A stretch of DNA of 64,000 nt from a virus. Made by a program: the position numbers and the translations under genes. The notes under the pieces are model-generated. The model searched no databases, was not told the DNA's origin, and was given only the letters and a program-made list of their open reading frames with translations. This document shows, one piece after another, positions 19,454 through 28,032 of the stretch. Numbering within the stretch: the first letter of the stretch is position 1; each line of letters starts with the position of its first letter. Location of the stretch: the IMG/VR virus record IMGVR_UViG_3300011441_000007; one strand, 5' to 3'.

Positions 19454-19828
19454 TTACTTCCGTTTTGGTCGTCGTTTTAGAGCTTTGTTTATCATATGGA
19501 TATTGTTGTAATGGTAATATAGATCATCAACAACACCAGGATTATGAATTAAACGAGTTGCTAGTTTACCTAGTTTTTCCCCTCGCTCGCCTTTTCTATT
19601 TAATGCTTGCAATTTACGACCAAGAGGGGCAGTTAATGCTACTGTTGCTCTTGAAATAGCTCCTTTTAGTCCTGGAGAATTAACACTGAAATGCTCATTG
19701 TCTCCTTCCCCACTTTTAGCTACACGTTTATTATGATGATTATAAATTTTTTGAGCACGGAGCCAATCCTTATCGCCCCAAGTCTTTCTTATTGATTCAT
19801 TAATGATTTCGCGTAGTTTCTTAGACAA
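19454..19828 (-). CDS. internal-protein-like basic protein (CTS MSKKLREIINE)
   Basis: 124-aa basic protein. Its N-terminus parallels 28029..28505 (MKKLREILTE). Confidence 0.5.
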   Translation of the reverse strand: MSKKLREIINESIRKTWGDKDWLRAQKIYNHHNKRVAKSGEGDNEHFSVNSPGLKGAISRATVALTAPLGRKLQALNRKGERGEKLGKLATRLIHNPGVVDDLYYHYNNIHMINKALKRRPKRK

Positions 19829-20423
19829 TGTTTATTTTCTCCCCCGTTACGAAATTACCAACGATGGTAGAAATATAGATTACATCAATAAATTTACCTT
19901 GGACCGTGCGACGAATAACTCTCTCAACAAACGCTGTTGCCCCCGAAGTCAAGCCAACGATTTGCTTGCCAATGAACTTGATATTATGCTCGGAAAGAGA
20001 AACTTCCAGATATTGGGGAATCACCCACTTGCCATCGGACAATCTGAATATGTCTTCATGGGGAAAGTAGACTTCAGCGCCAACGCCAAAGACCAACTTG
20101 AAAAGAAGATCAACGCCGCGCTCTGTTCCCTTTGAGCGATAAAGATCAAGGGAATGCTTTACGAGGTTTCTGACGTTGGTATGCGATGTGATTGGGATAT
20201 TCTTGAGGTATTTTTCCTTGAAATGGACCAGAAACTCTTCCAAGGATTCATCAATGTCTTTGATTTCAGGGAGACGGCGTGTATACCAGAGAGGATTATT
20301 CGTTTCCTCCAGCCATTCATAATAAGCTTTAACAAAGGCAACGAAAACAGGCCCATCTTCTCTGACATGGGCTGGAAACTGTGATTCAATTAATGGCGAT
20401 AAGAACTTCTCTAATGTATCCAT
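19821..20423 (-). CDS. hypothetical protein (200 aa)
   Basis: Clean ORF between the internal-protein genes. No motif recognised. Confidence 0.45.
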   Translation of the reverse strand: MDTLEKFLSPLIESQFPAHVREDGPVFVAFVKAYYEWLEETNNPLWYTRRLPEIKDIDESLEEFLVHFKEKYLKNIPITSHTNVRNLVKHSLDLYRSKGTERGVDLLFKLVFGVGAEVYFPHEDIFRLSDGKWVIPQYLEVSLSEHNIKFIGKQIVGLTSGATAFVERVIRRTVQGKFIDVIYISTIVGNFVTGEKINIV

Positions 20424-20440
20424 CTATTACTTATTAATAC

Positions 20441-21061
20441 TCATTCTCCTTTTGTAATGGGAACGCTGGTCGTTTTACCTGTTCTAAGTCTGTTCCAATG
20501 CTTAACGAAATGGTTTTGCATATTGGAATCAAGGTGTTTTTTGTAAGCATCATGGACATGGGCTCTGAATACTGGAAGAGCTTGTTCGCCACTCAAATGA
20601 TGTAGGTCAGGATTATCGGAATGCCATTTATTGACAGAAAGTCGTTTTGTTTCTCTACCTCGCATCGTATTCCATTTCTGATATAATGTTCTTTTTGTGG
20701 TGCGCAGGAATTGCTTGATATCCTGTATTTCTTCTTCATCTGATTCATTGACTTTTGGTTTTATGTGCCGGTCATAAACTCCTTCCAATTCATGATCTTC
20801 AGCGTCTACAATACTTGTTCCAATATGACCATGCTGCACATTGAAATGTTTATGAATATGATCGTCTATTTTATCTTGCTCATCCCAACATTTTCTAGCT
20901 TCTCCAGGAGATGGAGCATCACAACCTCTTTGATTCCAATATCTGAAGCTTTTAGCAAGATCAACAAAATGCTTTTTAGAACCAACATATGAGTCTATTG
21001 GTTTTTGTGTAGCTGGAGCAAAATGCTTTCCAAATACATCATCAAATGAATCTCTTGTCAT
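20441..21061 (-). CDS. tandem paralog 1 (MTRDSFDDVFGKHF family), His-rich
   Basis: The N-terminus MT[RK]D.FDD.F.KHFG.P is shared with the next two genes and conserved at DNA level. It has a KHFVDLAKSFRYW motif related to the KEHF.ELA module. Confidence 0.55.
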   Translation of the reverse strand: MTRDSFDDVFGKHFAPATQKPIDSYVGSKKHFVDLAKSFRYWNQRGCDAPSPGEARKCWDEQDKIDDHIHKHFNVQHGHIGTSIVDAEDHELEGVYDRHIKPKVNESDEEEIQDIKQFLRTTKRTLYQKWNTMRGRETKRLSVNKWHSDNPDLHHLSGEQALPVFRAHVHDAYKKHLDSNMQNHFVKHWNRLRTGKTTSVPITKGE

Positions 21062-21432
21062 GGTCGCCCTGTCATGGGCATCTTAGGCAGGACTTTCTTC
21101 AAATACATATCATCTAGTTCTTGGTCGGAATCATTTCTATTTGCTGTGGAATGGACATGAACATAATCGCTGGAAGATAGTTTCTCAGTGAAAATATCAT
21201 GCATTTCCCCATGGGCATCCTCGCAACTCTTCTCATGAAATTTATATTGGGGGGAGCGATCAGGATATTTCTGTTTCTCTACATGATGATAACGAATGTT
21301 CTTGGCGAGATACTTGAAGTGATTTGGCGAACCTGGAATGGTGTTTGTGTCCCACTGCGGCGGACCAGAGTGACTTTGTTGTGGTGTTCCGAAATGCTTA
21401 GCAAAAGCGTCGTCAAATATATCTCTTGTCAT
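21058..21432 (-). CDS. tandem paralog 2 (MTRDIFDDAFAKHF...)
   Basis: Overlaps its neighbours by 4 nt. Shares the N-terminus and an NHFKYLAKNIRYHH motif. Confidence 0.55.
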   Translation of the reverse strand: MTRDIFDDAFAKHFGTPQQSHSGPPQWDTNTIPGSPNHFKYLAKNIRYHHVEKQKYPDRSPQYKFHEKSCEDAHGEMHDIFTEKLSSSDYVHVHSTANRNDSDQELDDMYLKKVLPKMPMTGRP

Positions 21433-21830
21433 GGTAAATGACTTTCTATATCATGGTTGTGCCAAATATCGTGAATGGATTGAGTTGAAAGATGACTGCC
21501 TTTTCTTACACTTCTTCTTATAGTTTCATCTAAGTGATCATAAGCATCATCTGCATCAGAAGAACCCATGTGATTGAAGAAATGGTAATTCAAATCATGA
21601 TGAGCTTGATCTAGTCCAACACTATGAATATCTTGAGTTTGTCTATGACCCGCTGCATCTGAAAATCCTTTGTGATGAAAATGCAGCTTTCGCGCCAGAT
21701 AAGTGAAATGCTCTAAATTACCTGTCTTTCCATGATATTCGCGATAATGATGCTCGGAAGATGAAGGTTCAGAATGTTGTGGTGCTCCGAAATGCTTCCC
21801 AAACACATCATCAAATGCGTCTTTTGTCAT
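21429..21830 (-). CDS. tandem paralog 3 (MTKDAFDDVFGKHF...)
   Basis: Shares the N-terminus and an EHFTYLARKLHFHH motif. His-rich. Confidence 0.55.
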   Translation of the reverse strand: MTKDAFDDVFGKHFGAPQHSEPSSSEHHYREYHGKTGNLEHFTYLARKLHFHHKGFSDAAGHRQTQDIHSVGLDQAHHDLNYHFFNHMGSSDADDAYDHLDETIRRSVRKGSHLSTQSIHDIWHNHDIESHLP

Positions 21831-22140
21831 TAGCCTTTAGTTTCTTTCTAATATCTCTTATGTGATTGATATGCTCAATTGAAGCTCCCCCAAGTGCTCC
21901 AAGCATCATAGGTCCAAACATTTTCCTATCACCTGTAGCTGATGCTGCTACGGCCCCCAAACCAGCACTGACTCCTACCCATGCTCCCGCATCTCTAACA
22001 GCAATTAGACTAGCGTTGAGTTTAGAGCGCAGTCTACCTGTGGAAGTAACAACTTGGCGGTTTTTTACATGATTACGAACATGAATCCCAATAGCTTTTC
22101 CCCAATATTTTTCTTTTAGGATTATTCGCAAAGCTTTCAT
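21811..22140 (-). CDS. glycine-zipper protein with CTS-like N-terminus (MKALRIILKE)
   Basis: GAWVGVSAGLGAVAASATGD...GPMMLGALGGASI is a GxxxG zipper like 11800..12216. The N-terminal 10 aa end in L-K-E. Confidence 0.5.
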   Translation of the reverse strand: MKALRIILKEKYWGKAIGIHVRNHVKNRQVVTSTGRLRSKLNASLIAVRDAGAWVGVSAGLGAVAASATGDRKMFGPMMLGALGGASIEHINHIRDIRKKLKANDKRRI

Positions 22141-22325
22141 TTCTTAGTATTATCTTTGCGATTGCTGATTCTTTTTCTATTAGCATCTTCCATTTCTTTT
22201 CTAACTTCAGGCTTTACTTTATTCTTGATATCATAGAACCTTGATCTGTCGCCAGCATGCATCCATTTGAATTGATGACGTTTTTGTTGCTGCTGTTCAA
22301 GAATAATAAGCCTTAATGTTTTCAT
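22137..22325 (-). CDS. small basic protein, probable start at MKTLRLIILE (CTS-like)
   Basis: The ORF is open to 22367, but the internal Met at 22325 gives a CTS-like N-terminus. Very basic (KRHQFKW...RKRISNRKDNTKK). Confidence 0.4.
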   Translation of the reverse strand: MKTLRLIILEQQQQKRHQFKWMHAGDRSRFYDIKNKVKPEVRKEMEDANRKRISNRKDNTKK

Positions 22326-22600
22326 CGCTTTTCGGCTAGTTCCTTTTTGATTTGTTCCCGAGCCCAAGTTGTATATTCTTTACTCAGTTTCTCATTTGGG
22401 AACTTCTCTAGTAGTTCTTGATATAAAGTAGGATCATCAATACCAATAGTCACGAGAGAACTAATGGTATCTTTGATTCGGACATGATGTTGATCTTTCT
22501 TGTGTATAATATATTCTTTAAGCGATTGTGATTCATGAGCGCAACGTTGACAAAACATCCATATGTCATGATTCGTTTTGGAGAAACGAATATTGCTCAT
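22322..22600 (-). CDS. hypothetical protein (92 aa, Cys/His pairs)
   Basis: ORF with CQRCAHESQ...H...H. Overlaps its neighbours by 4 nt. Confidence 0.35.
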   Translation of the reverse strand: MSNIRFSKTNHDIWMFCQRCAHESQSLKEYIIHKKDQHHVRIKDTISSLVTIGIDDPTLYQELLEKFPNEKLSKEYTTWAREQIKKELAEKR

Positions 22601-22845
22601 GCTACTTCCCCATCCCGATCAAAACAACGCATACCTACCAGTTTATATTTGCTTTTTTTAGAGAACTTAGCTAATTCTTTTTTTGTCATTTTTTGAATTT
22701 CAGCCAAGCCATATTCAATACATCTTTTATCAGAAGTATGGCGAACAGGCACATAAGCTCTAAGCTCCTCATAGCAAGTTTTTTCGGAGTATTGAGCAGG
22801 CTGGACATTGGCTAAACACATTAAAAATACTAACTCTTTGAACAT
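22597..22845 (-). CDS. hypothetical small protein, possible signal peptide
   Basis: 82 aa with a hydrophobic N-terminus MFKELVFLMCLANVQPA. Confidence 0.35.
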   Translation of the reverse strand: MFKELVFLMCLANVQPAQYSEKTCYEELRAYVPVRHTSDKRCIEYGLAEIQKMTKKELAKFSKKSKYKLVGMRCFDRDGEVA

Positions 22846-22849
22846 AATA

Positions 22850-23260
22850 TTACCTTAATACTTTTAATTTACCATCTTTAAGAACACATTTCTTTACAAC
22901 TTCTTTAGAGACTTTGGAAACTTTCTTTTTGGCTGCTTTAGCTGCTTTTAGGGGTTTCTTAGTTTCTTTCTTTGGGGCATGAAGTTGTGTTTCAAAGCCT
23001 GGGGGAACAGGGGTAACGAATTCCTTTGGCTCTGCTTGCGCAACCTTTGATGGTGGTTCTGTTGGCGGTTCTATTTCAGTTGGTTTTGCAACGGGTGGGG
23101 ATACTATAACAACAGGTGGTGTTTCAGAACGAAACTGAGGTGGAATAAAGACTTTTGTTAGAGCAGCTTTTGTTGGATGCCATGGATTGAAATTCAAAGA
23201 ATAACATCCGACACCAATGGCAAGCACAGCAGCAGCAATAGTTGGATAACGTTTTTTCAT
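22850..23260 (-). CDS. lipoprotein with Pro-rich linker and Lys-rich C-terminus (o-spanin/Rz1-like or TonB-like)
   Basis: Signal peptide plus lipobox (AIGVGC), then PPQFRSETPPVVIVSPPVAKPTEIEPPTEPP, then KKPLKAAKAAKKKVSKVSK. RBS AAGGAG 9 nt upstream of the start. Confidence 0.5.
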   Translation of the reverse strand: MKKRYPTIAAAVLAIGVGCYSLNFNPWHPTKAALTKVFIPPQFRSETPPVVIVSPPVAKPTEIEPPTEPPSKVAQAEPKEFVTPVPPGFETQLHAPKKETKKPLKAAKAAKKKVSKVSKEVVKKCVLKDGKLKVLR

Positions 23261-23336
23261 GGTTTAGACTCCTTTTTCGGGTTCTTGTTGATTGTTATTG
23301 TATTTATTCGTTATAAGTTCCAGGTATCTAGCCACA

Positions 23337-23549
23337 TCATTCTTTCTCCCAGATACAAGCGTTTTGCTTCTGGACAAAAGTTTCTGCAACATCTTGATCG
23401 GCTCCGGTTTCATTCATTATTCTGGCTACTATCTCCCAATACCGTAGCGAATAAATCTCAAACTTGCGTGCGAATCTCGGGTCTGGTAGCGGGATCATAG
23501 ATAAGTTTTTGCGCCGTCTCCTCATCATTATGTTCCCGGTATGAGCCAC
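23337..23549 (-). CDS. hypothetical small protein
   Basis: 70-aa ORF. Weak evidence. Confidence 0.3.
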   Translation of the reverse strand: MAHTGNIMMRRRRKNLSMIPLPDPRFARKFEIYSLRYWEIVARIMNETGADQDVAETFVQKQNACIWEKE

Positions 23550-23676
23550 AGACTTTCATTCGGTGCCCAGTTAGTTGGTAAGCGAATAATATATTTTAAT
23601 CCAACTTCAGAAAAGTGAGGATTTCCACTATGATATGGGGATTGACCGGGACAAAAATGCCAAGTTAGGTTATAGA

Positions 23677-24054
23677 TTACCCACATTGTTGATCAGCCGC
23701 TTCTGAGTTTTTAACTGCTTGGTCAAAAAGCGTCAGTATTTCTTCATGGGTTCTTTCAGGTTTATCATTATATTTAACAAGCATACAGTCACTTAATCTA
23801 TTTGGAAACATGGGAAATGCAGACCAATAAGCATCATAAACTTCCTTATGACGATGAGGTGCAATTTCTCTTTGTAATTGATTTCTAGCTGTTTTCAAAG
23901 CACCAACAGCACAAAAACGAAAATTTGTTTCAAAGCTAATATAGTGACCCTTAATCCAATTTTCTGGATGTTCAATCAGCTTGCGAGCATTCTTGATTAT
24001 CGTTGTTCTGAAAGAGTCGGTCATTTTATTTCCTCCCTTTTCAGCGGTTTCCAA
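23677..24054 (-). CDS. KxHW...CxxGA family protein (paralog family member 1)
   Basis: Motifs HPENWIKGHY...FCAVGAL...YNDKPERTHEEILTLFDQA are shared with 31649..32017, 32010..32417 and, more distantly, 55161..55601. It overlaps the upstream DUF2384-like gene by 14 nt. Confidence 0.5.
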   Translation of the reverse strand: METAEKGGNKMTDSFRTTIIKNARKLIEHPENWIKGHYISFETNFRFCAVGALKTARNQLQREIAPHRHKEVYDAYWSAFPMFPNRLSDCMLVKYNDKPERTHEEILTLFDQAVKNSEAADQQCG

Positions 24055-24571
24055 GATAGCGAATGTACTGATCCACTATCTCTAAGTTTCCTTCTAGCAG
24101 CTTTTCTCTGGGTGATTTGTTTCCTAGTTCTGTGGCTTTCTGATCCAGCCAAGATATGATTCCTTTATCCTCTACAAAGAGTCCATAGGCATCACAGAAA
24201 ATGCGCAACAGAAGGCGCATTCTTTTACCTGTATCATCTTGCTCAATTGTATCGCCACGAGTGAATTTACCAAGATAACCAACAGATTCTTCAATCGTCG
24301 TAAAGCCTAACATTGTCGCAATATCAAGATCAGAGAAGTTCCAATCTCGCGCGCAACGTACCAGCAACTTTGGAGCACCATGTTCGGGCTCATGTAATGT
24401 TCTGTTATTTAAGCGATCTATCTCATCACAAAGATCATAAACTAAACGATGAGGTTTATCACTCCAATCATAACCAAGCGACCCCATCTTGCCTTCTCCA
24501 GACAGCGCTTTGCGATAGTCGTCAGTTGTGCTTCCGAACCGCATTGGCATTTTCTTTTTCTCCAAGACCAT
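24041..24571 (-). CDS. Xre-HTH / DUF2384 (MbcA/ParS antitoxin-like) domain protein
   Basis: The C-terminus IISWLDQKATELGNKSPREKLLEGNLEIVDQYIRYLG fits the remembered DUF2384 toxin-binding-domain consensus (WL..pn..Lgg.sPl.ll.t..G...V...L.ri..G). An HTH-like segment lies upstream. The start is set at an internal Met; the ORF is open to 24658. Confidence 0.45.
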   Translation of the reverse strand: MVLEKKKMPMRFGSTTDDYRKALSGEGKMGSLGYDWSDKPHRLVYDLCDEIDRLNNRTLHEPEHGAPKLLVRCARDWNFSDLDIATMLGFTTIEESVGYLGKFTRGDTIEQDDTGKRMRLLLRIFCDAYGLFVEDKGIISWLDQKATELGNKSPREKLLEGNLEIVDQYIRYLGNR

Positions 24572-24728
24572 CTTTGAAGTTTTTAAGAAACGATACAACT
24601 TGTCACGGTAACAGATATCCAAAATGAAATAATGTGGATTTGAACCTCCTGATACCATTCAAAATATCGTAACACAATTTCATGTGCTGTTTCAGGCTCT
24701 AGATAAAGGAGTAGTTTGTGCATTGGTT

Positions 24729-26531
24729 TTAGGCGTTCAGAAACTCTATATCTGCGTTGATGCCCGCTGGCTCAATACCAAGGATTGTGTTCTGAGCAGC
24801 TTTGATATCCATGTCTTTGGGCCGAGCATATATTCTTAGACTACCTTCATCATAGCTGTCAATGATAAAATTCGCTAGTGTGATTTTTCCCATCTTATAA
24901 TCAATAGTTCCAATATTTCGTATTGTTGTATAGTTCTTTCCATCATTCTTTACAATGCGAACCACACCATTACCATCATCTGCTAAAGTTACTACTTGAC
25001 CATTAAAGCGAAAAGCAGAAGACCTAATGGTAGTTAAATCATCAATTGAATAAGTGTTTTCGGAATGAGAGAAAGAATCATCCAGTTCAGTTGCAAAGTT
25101 TACTACCATATTTTGAGGTGTTGCAAGTAATGGAGTAGTTTTCTTATAGATTTCTAGTTTCGTAATATTAGAAATGATAGAAGGATCAACTGAATTGATG
25201 ATATCTATTAGTGTAGAAGATCGCAAAACAACATTGAAGTTATTGAGTGATTCAAGATGATAATCATTGATTGCTGAAACAACGATGGTTCTGATGTTCT
25301 CTTCTGAGATGCTAGAAATATTGATATTATAGCGAACTAAAGTATCAACTAAAACATAAGTGAATTCAGGTTGAACAAAGATAGGTTTAATTGATAGATT
25401 GCAACGCCGTTTGAGGAAGTTGTAATATTCAGTCTTTTTGGAATCGGGAAGACCATCAGTATCAGCAATGTCAACTGAAACGAAGATTTTACCAAAGCGC
25501 GGAGGGTCCACATCTTCTCCCCCGAAAACTGCAACCGCTGTAATTTCTGGAAACTTCTCTCTCAAGAGGACTTCAGCATCTTGAGCAATGACAAGCCTTT
25601 CTTGAACTTGGAAATGACGAGGGGCAATGAATTTAATGGACTCATTCGTTTCAGGGTCAGAACCACCAGAAGAAATAGACACAATTTGCACATTTGGGGA
25701 ATTTGTGAGTTCCCCCGAAATGCCAGTCGGATCAAAGTTAATTGTGAAATGTCGTGCTCCAGCAGCTTTTGGGCCTTTAGTAACACGATAATCAAGAATA
25801 ACTGTTGAACTGGCTTTAGGTTTTTGACCAATTATACCATTACCAAAAAGAACTTCATAGAAACCAGCTTCGGAAGCCTGTAGAAAGAAGACTTTAGAAG
25901 TTGCGCCCAAATCTAAGAGCGTTGTGGCTAGAGTATATTTCTGACCAATACTTGAATTATCCTCAAAGACAACTACCGAAAGACTTTCAGTGTCAACATT
26001 TTTATTGGTAATTCTGAATCTTTCATTTTCAATATTATGAGTAATGACATAGGAATCTTTCAAATAAACTCCCTCATATATATCTGTTTCAAAAGAGAAA
26101 GATGTATTTGGAGATGCAACTATGATTGTTTCAGGAATAGAAAAAATAAATGATTCATTTTTAATAAGAGTAGAGAAAGAGGAGCCCTTAGGTACGATGT
26201 AGGGCTGAGTTTCGCTTGTAGCCTCAAATGTGACGGTTATAGTGGCCTTTGGTGAGCGAGCCGAGCGGGCCGTATAGTTCAAATCCTTGGCATGGGAAAG
26301 GATAGAATCACGAAGTTGAGCAGAATCCAGAAAAGACTCGGCAACGTTCATGTTTAGATAGAAAGCATTCTTTTGGGTATTGATGGCAAGAAGGTCCAAA
26401 AGCACAGCCATGGCCGAACCTTCAAAATCATAGTCTTTGAAAATAGATTGATTCCTAAGGAATGTCTTAAGAGCATTTCTTTGTAGATCAAAATCTAGAT
26501 CAATGAGATTTAGAGAACTATTAGATGGCAT
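24729..26531 (-). CDS. baseplate wedge protein, gp6 / baseplate-J-like
   Basis: 600-aa ORF immediately downstream of the gp25-like gene (conserved gp25-gp6 synteny). Size is comparable to T4 gp6. Confidence 0.55.
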   Translation of the reverse strand: MPSNSSLNLIDLDFDLQRNALKTFLRNQSIFKDYDFEGSAMAVLLDLLAINTQKNAFYLNMNVAESFLDSAQLRDSILSHAKDLNYTARSARSPKATITVTFEATSETQPYIVPKGSSFSTLIKNESFIFSIPETIIVASPNTSFSFETDIYEGVYLKDSYVITHNIENERFRITNKNVDTESLSVVVFEDNSSIGQKYTLATTLLDLGATSKVFFLQASEAGFYEVLFGNGIIGQKPKASSTVILDYRVTKGPKAAGARHFTINFDPTGISGELTNSPNVQIVSISSGGSDPETNESIKFIAPRHFQVQERLVIAQDAEVLLREKFPEITAVAVFGGEDVDPPRFGKIFVSVDIADTDGLPDSKKTEYYNFLKRRCNLSIKPIFVQPEFTYVLVDTLVRYNINISSISEENIRTIVVSAINDYHLESLNNFNVVLRSSTLIDIINSVDPSIISNITKLEIYKKTTPLLATPQNMVVNFATELDDSFSHSENTYSIDDLTTIRSSAFRFNGQVVTLADDGNGVVRIVKNDGKNYTTIRNIGTIDYKMGKITLANFIIDSYDEGSLRIYARPKDMDIKAAQNTILGIEPAGINADIEFLNA

Positions 26532-26548
26532 TTATGTTTAGAAACTCC

Positions 26549-26968
26549 TTAACGCAATAAGCTCACAGTGACATTGACAGAAAAAGTTTGATTGGGGATG
26601 TTTACAGATGTGAAAACAACAATGATAGTGTAAGTGTGTTGAATTGAATGCGGTGTAACTTCAACAGCAAGAAGATTGATTCTTGGCTCTAGTTTTAAGC
26701 TGGTTTCAACTGTTCTTTGTATGATACTTTCTGAACCTTTATCCATCATCTCAAATAAAGAGTTCTTTATTTTGGACCCTAAAAGCGGATGATAAGGACG
26801 TTCAGTGAAAGTTGTTAGAATCAAGTTCTTTATGGATTGCTTAATGGACTCTTCATTTGTGACACGCGCCAGCAATCCAGTAATTGGATGCATTGAGAAA
26901 TCAAGCATAAAATCAGAGTATAACTCTAATTGTTTTTCAGAAAATGTAAACTTATCTGCGCGGGTCAT
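26549..26968 (-). CDS. baseplate wedge protein gp25 / GPW family
   Basis: 139 aa; MHPITGLLARVTNEESIKQSIKNLILTTFTERPYHPLLGSKIKNSLFE matches the GPW/gp25 lysozyme-like family signature (I..I...L.T..GER...P.fG). Confidence 0.8.
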   Translation of the reverse strand: MTRADKFTFSEKQLELYSDFMLDFSMHPITGLLARVTNEESIKQSIKNLILTTFTERPYHPLLGSKIKNSLFEMMDKGSESIIQRTVETSLKLEPRINLLAVEVTPHSIQHTYTIIVVFTSVNIPNQTFSVNVTVSLLR

Positions 26969-27009
26969 TTTTGTCCTGTTTTTCTTTGTATTTAGATGAA
27001 AAATTCATG

Positions 27010-27038
27010 TTGACAAGAAATAGAAACACGGTTAATGA
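27010..27038 (+). promoter_or_regulatory. candidate sigma70-like promoter (TTGACA-N17-TAATGA) in divergent intergenic region
   Basis: Perfect -35 TTGACA at 27010-27015. The -10 is weak. It is followed by an AGAGAGG...CCTCTCT stem and a GGAGG RBS before the 27182 start. Confidence 0.3.
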
Positions 27039-27181
27039 TGATATGCCTGCTTTTCAGTTGTTCGTTTTTCTACTCCTTTTTGGGCAACTGGATGGGTGTC
27101 AGGCGTCCTGTGTCGGGGAGAGAGAGGTTAGCGCAGAACCGCTGGCCTCTCTTTCTTTCGCAAACAAATGGAGGAATGAAT

Positions 27182-27526
27182 ATGTCATTTCAAAATCCTG
27201 AAATAAAGACATTTGAGGAAATTAAACGTCCATCTATAAGCACGTTTGAAGAAGCAATAAAATATTTAAGAATGTTTGCACAAGATTTCCCATGGGTAGT
27301 TCATATGGGTTACAAAGTTGATGACAACAATCCTGATGTAATGAAAGGTCGTTATTATATTGGTATGAATATATCTAAAGAAACACGAGTTTATATATTT
27401 GACACGGAAGCTGCGAAAACTCGTGAACTAAAAAACAGCAGATCATTTAAGGATGGTTGGCCTCCAGAAATGATAACCAAAAAGCCTGATTTTATGGCTA
27501 TTGTGCGTGAAATGGTAAGGAGATAA
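27182..27526 (+). CDS. hypothetical protein (114 aa)
   Basis: ATG at 27182 preceded by GGAGG at 7-nt spacing. The longer 27035 start lies inside the promoter/leader region. Confidence 0.45.
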   Translation: MSFQNPEIKTFEEIKRPSISTFEEAIKYLRMFAQDFPWVVHMGYKVDDNNPDVMKGRYYIGMNISKETRVYIFDTEAAKTRELKNSRSFKDGWPPEMITKKPDFMAIVREMVRR

Positions 27527-27532
27527 AATGCC

Positions 27533-27742
27533 ATGAAAACTTTCATAGGGGTTGTCATTTATGTTAATATGATTGCTATAACTGTCGTGTTAGCGGGGCG
27601 TGAATATGGTCCACCTATTGAATCAGGTCAAGGTAAATTACAAGAATATCTGGCATATAGTGAATGTCGGCGCGAATTACCCTTCAAAGGAATATTCTGG
27701 CCTATCTATTGGACCTATCGTTTTTGGGATAAAGTTCTTTAG
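27533..27742 (+). CDS. small membrane protein
   Basis: 69 aa with a TM segment FIGVVIYVNMIAITVVLAG. Confidence 0.3.
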   Translation: MKTFIGVVIYVNMIAITVVLAGREYGPPIESGQGKLQEYLAYSECRRELPFKGIFWPIYWTYRFWDKVL

Positions 27743-28032
27743 TCATCCATCTTACAATAATCATTTGCCGCAGCTGGATCGGGAGCATGCACAATCACGG
27801 GGATTCCCGCGATAAAAACTGTGTGCCCTGTGTTGATCAACTGTCCATTACCATGCGTGCAAACATCACCTCTTACAGCCCATAGTTTGGAATTCACAAA
27901 AACTGAAGACTGACCGATAACAATTGTTTTTGCTCCACAAACTCTTGAATGCCCATGAAGATGATCCATTTTGGAATAGCAAAATGTGTTGTCAGAACCT
28001 TGTGCAGTTTTTGGATTGCAATGTAAACTCAT
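27739..28032 (-). CDS. PAAR-repeat spike tip protein
   Basis: 97 aa with PAAR-like motifs (AVRGDVCTHGNG; IAGIPVIVHAPDPAAAND) and Cys/His residues for Zn. Its stop overlaps the start of 27533..27742 on the opposite strand. Confidence 0.75.
   Translation of the reverse strand: MSLHCNPKTAQGSDNTFCYSKMDHLHGHSRVCGAKTIVIGQSSVFVNSKLWAVRGDVCTHGNGQLINTGHTVFIAGIPVIVHAPDPAAANDYCKMDD

Noticed and set aside
27010-27038. Strong promoter call for TTGACA-N17-TAATGA
   Set aside because: The -35 is perfect but the -10 lacks the invariant final T. Retained only as a low-confidence feature.
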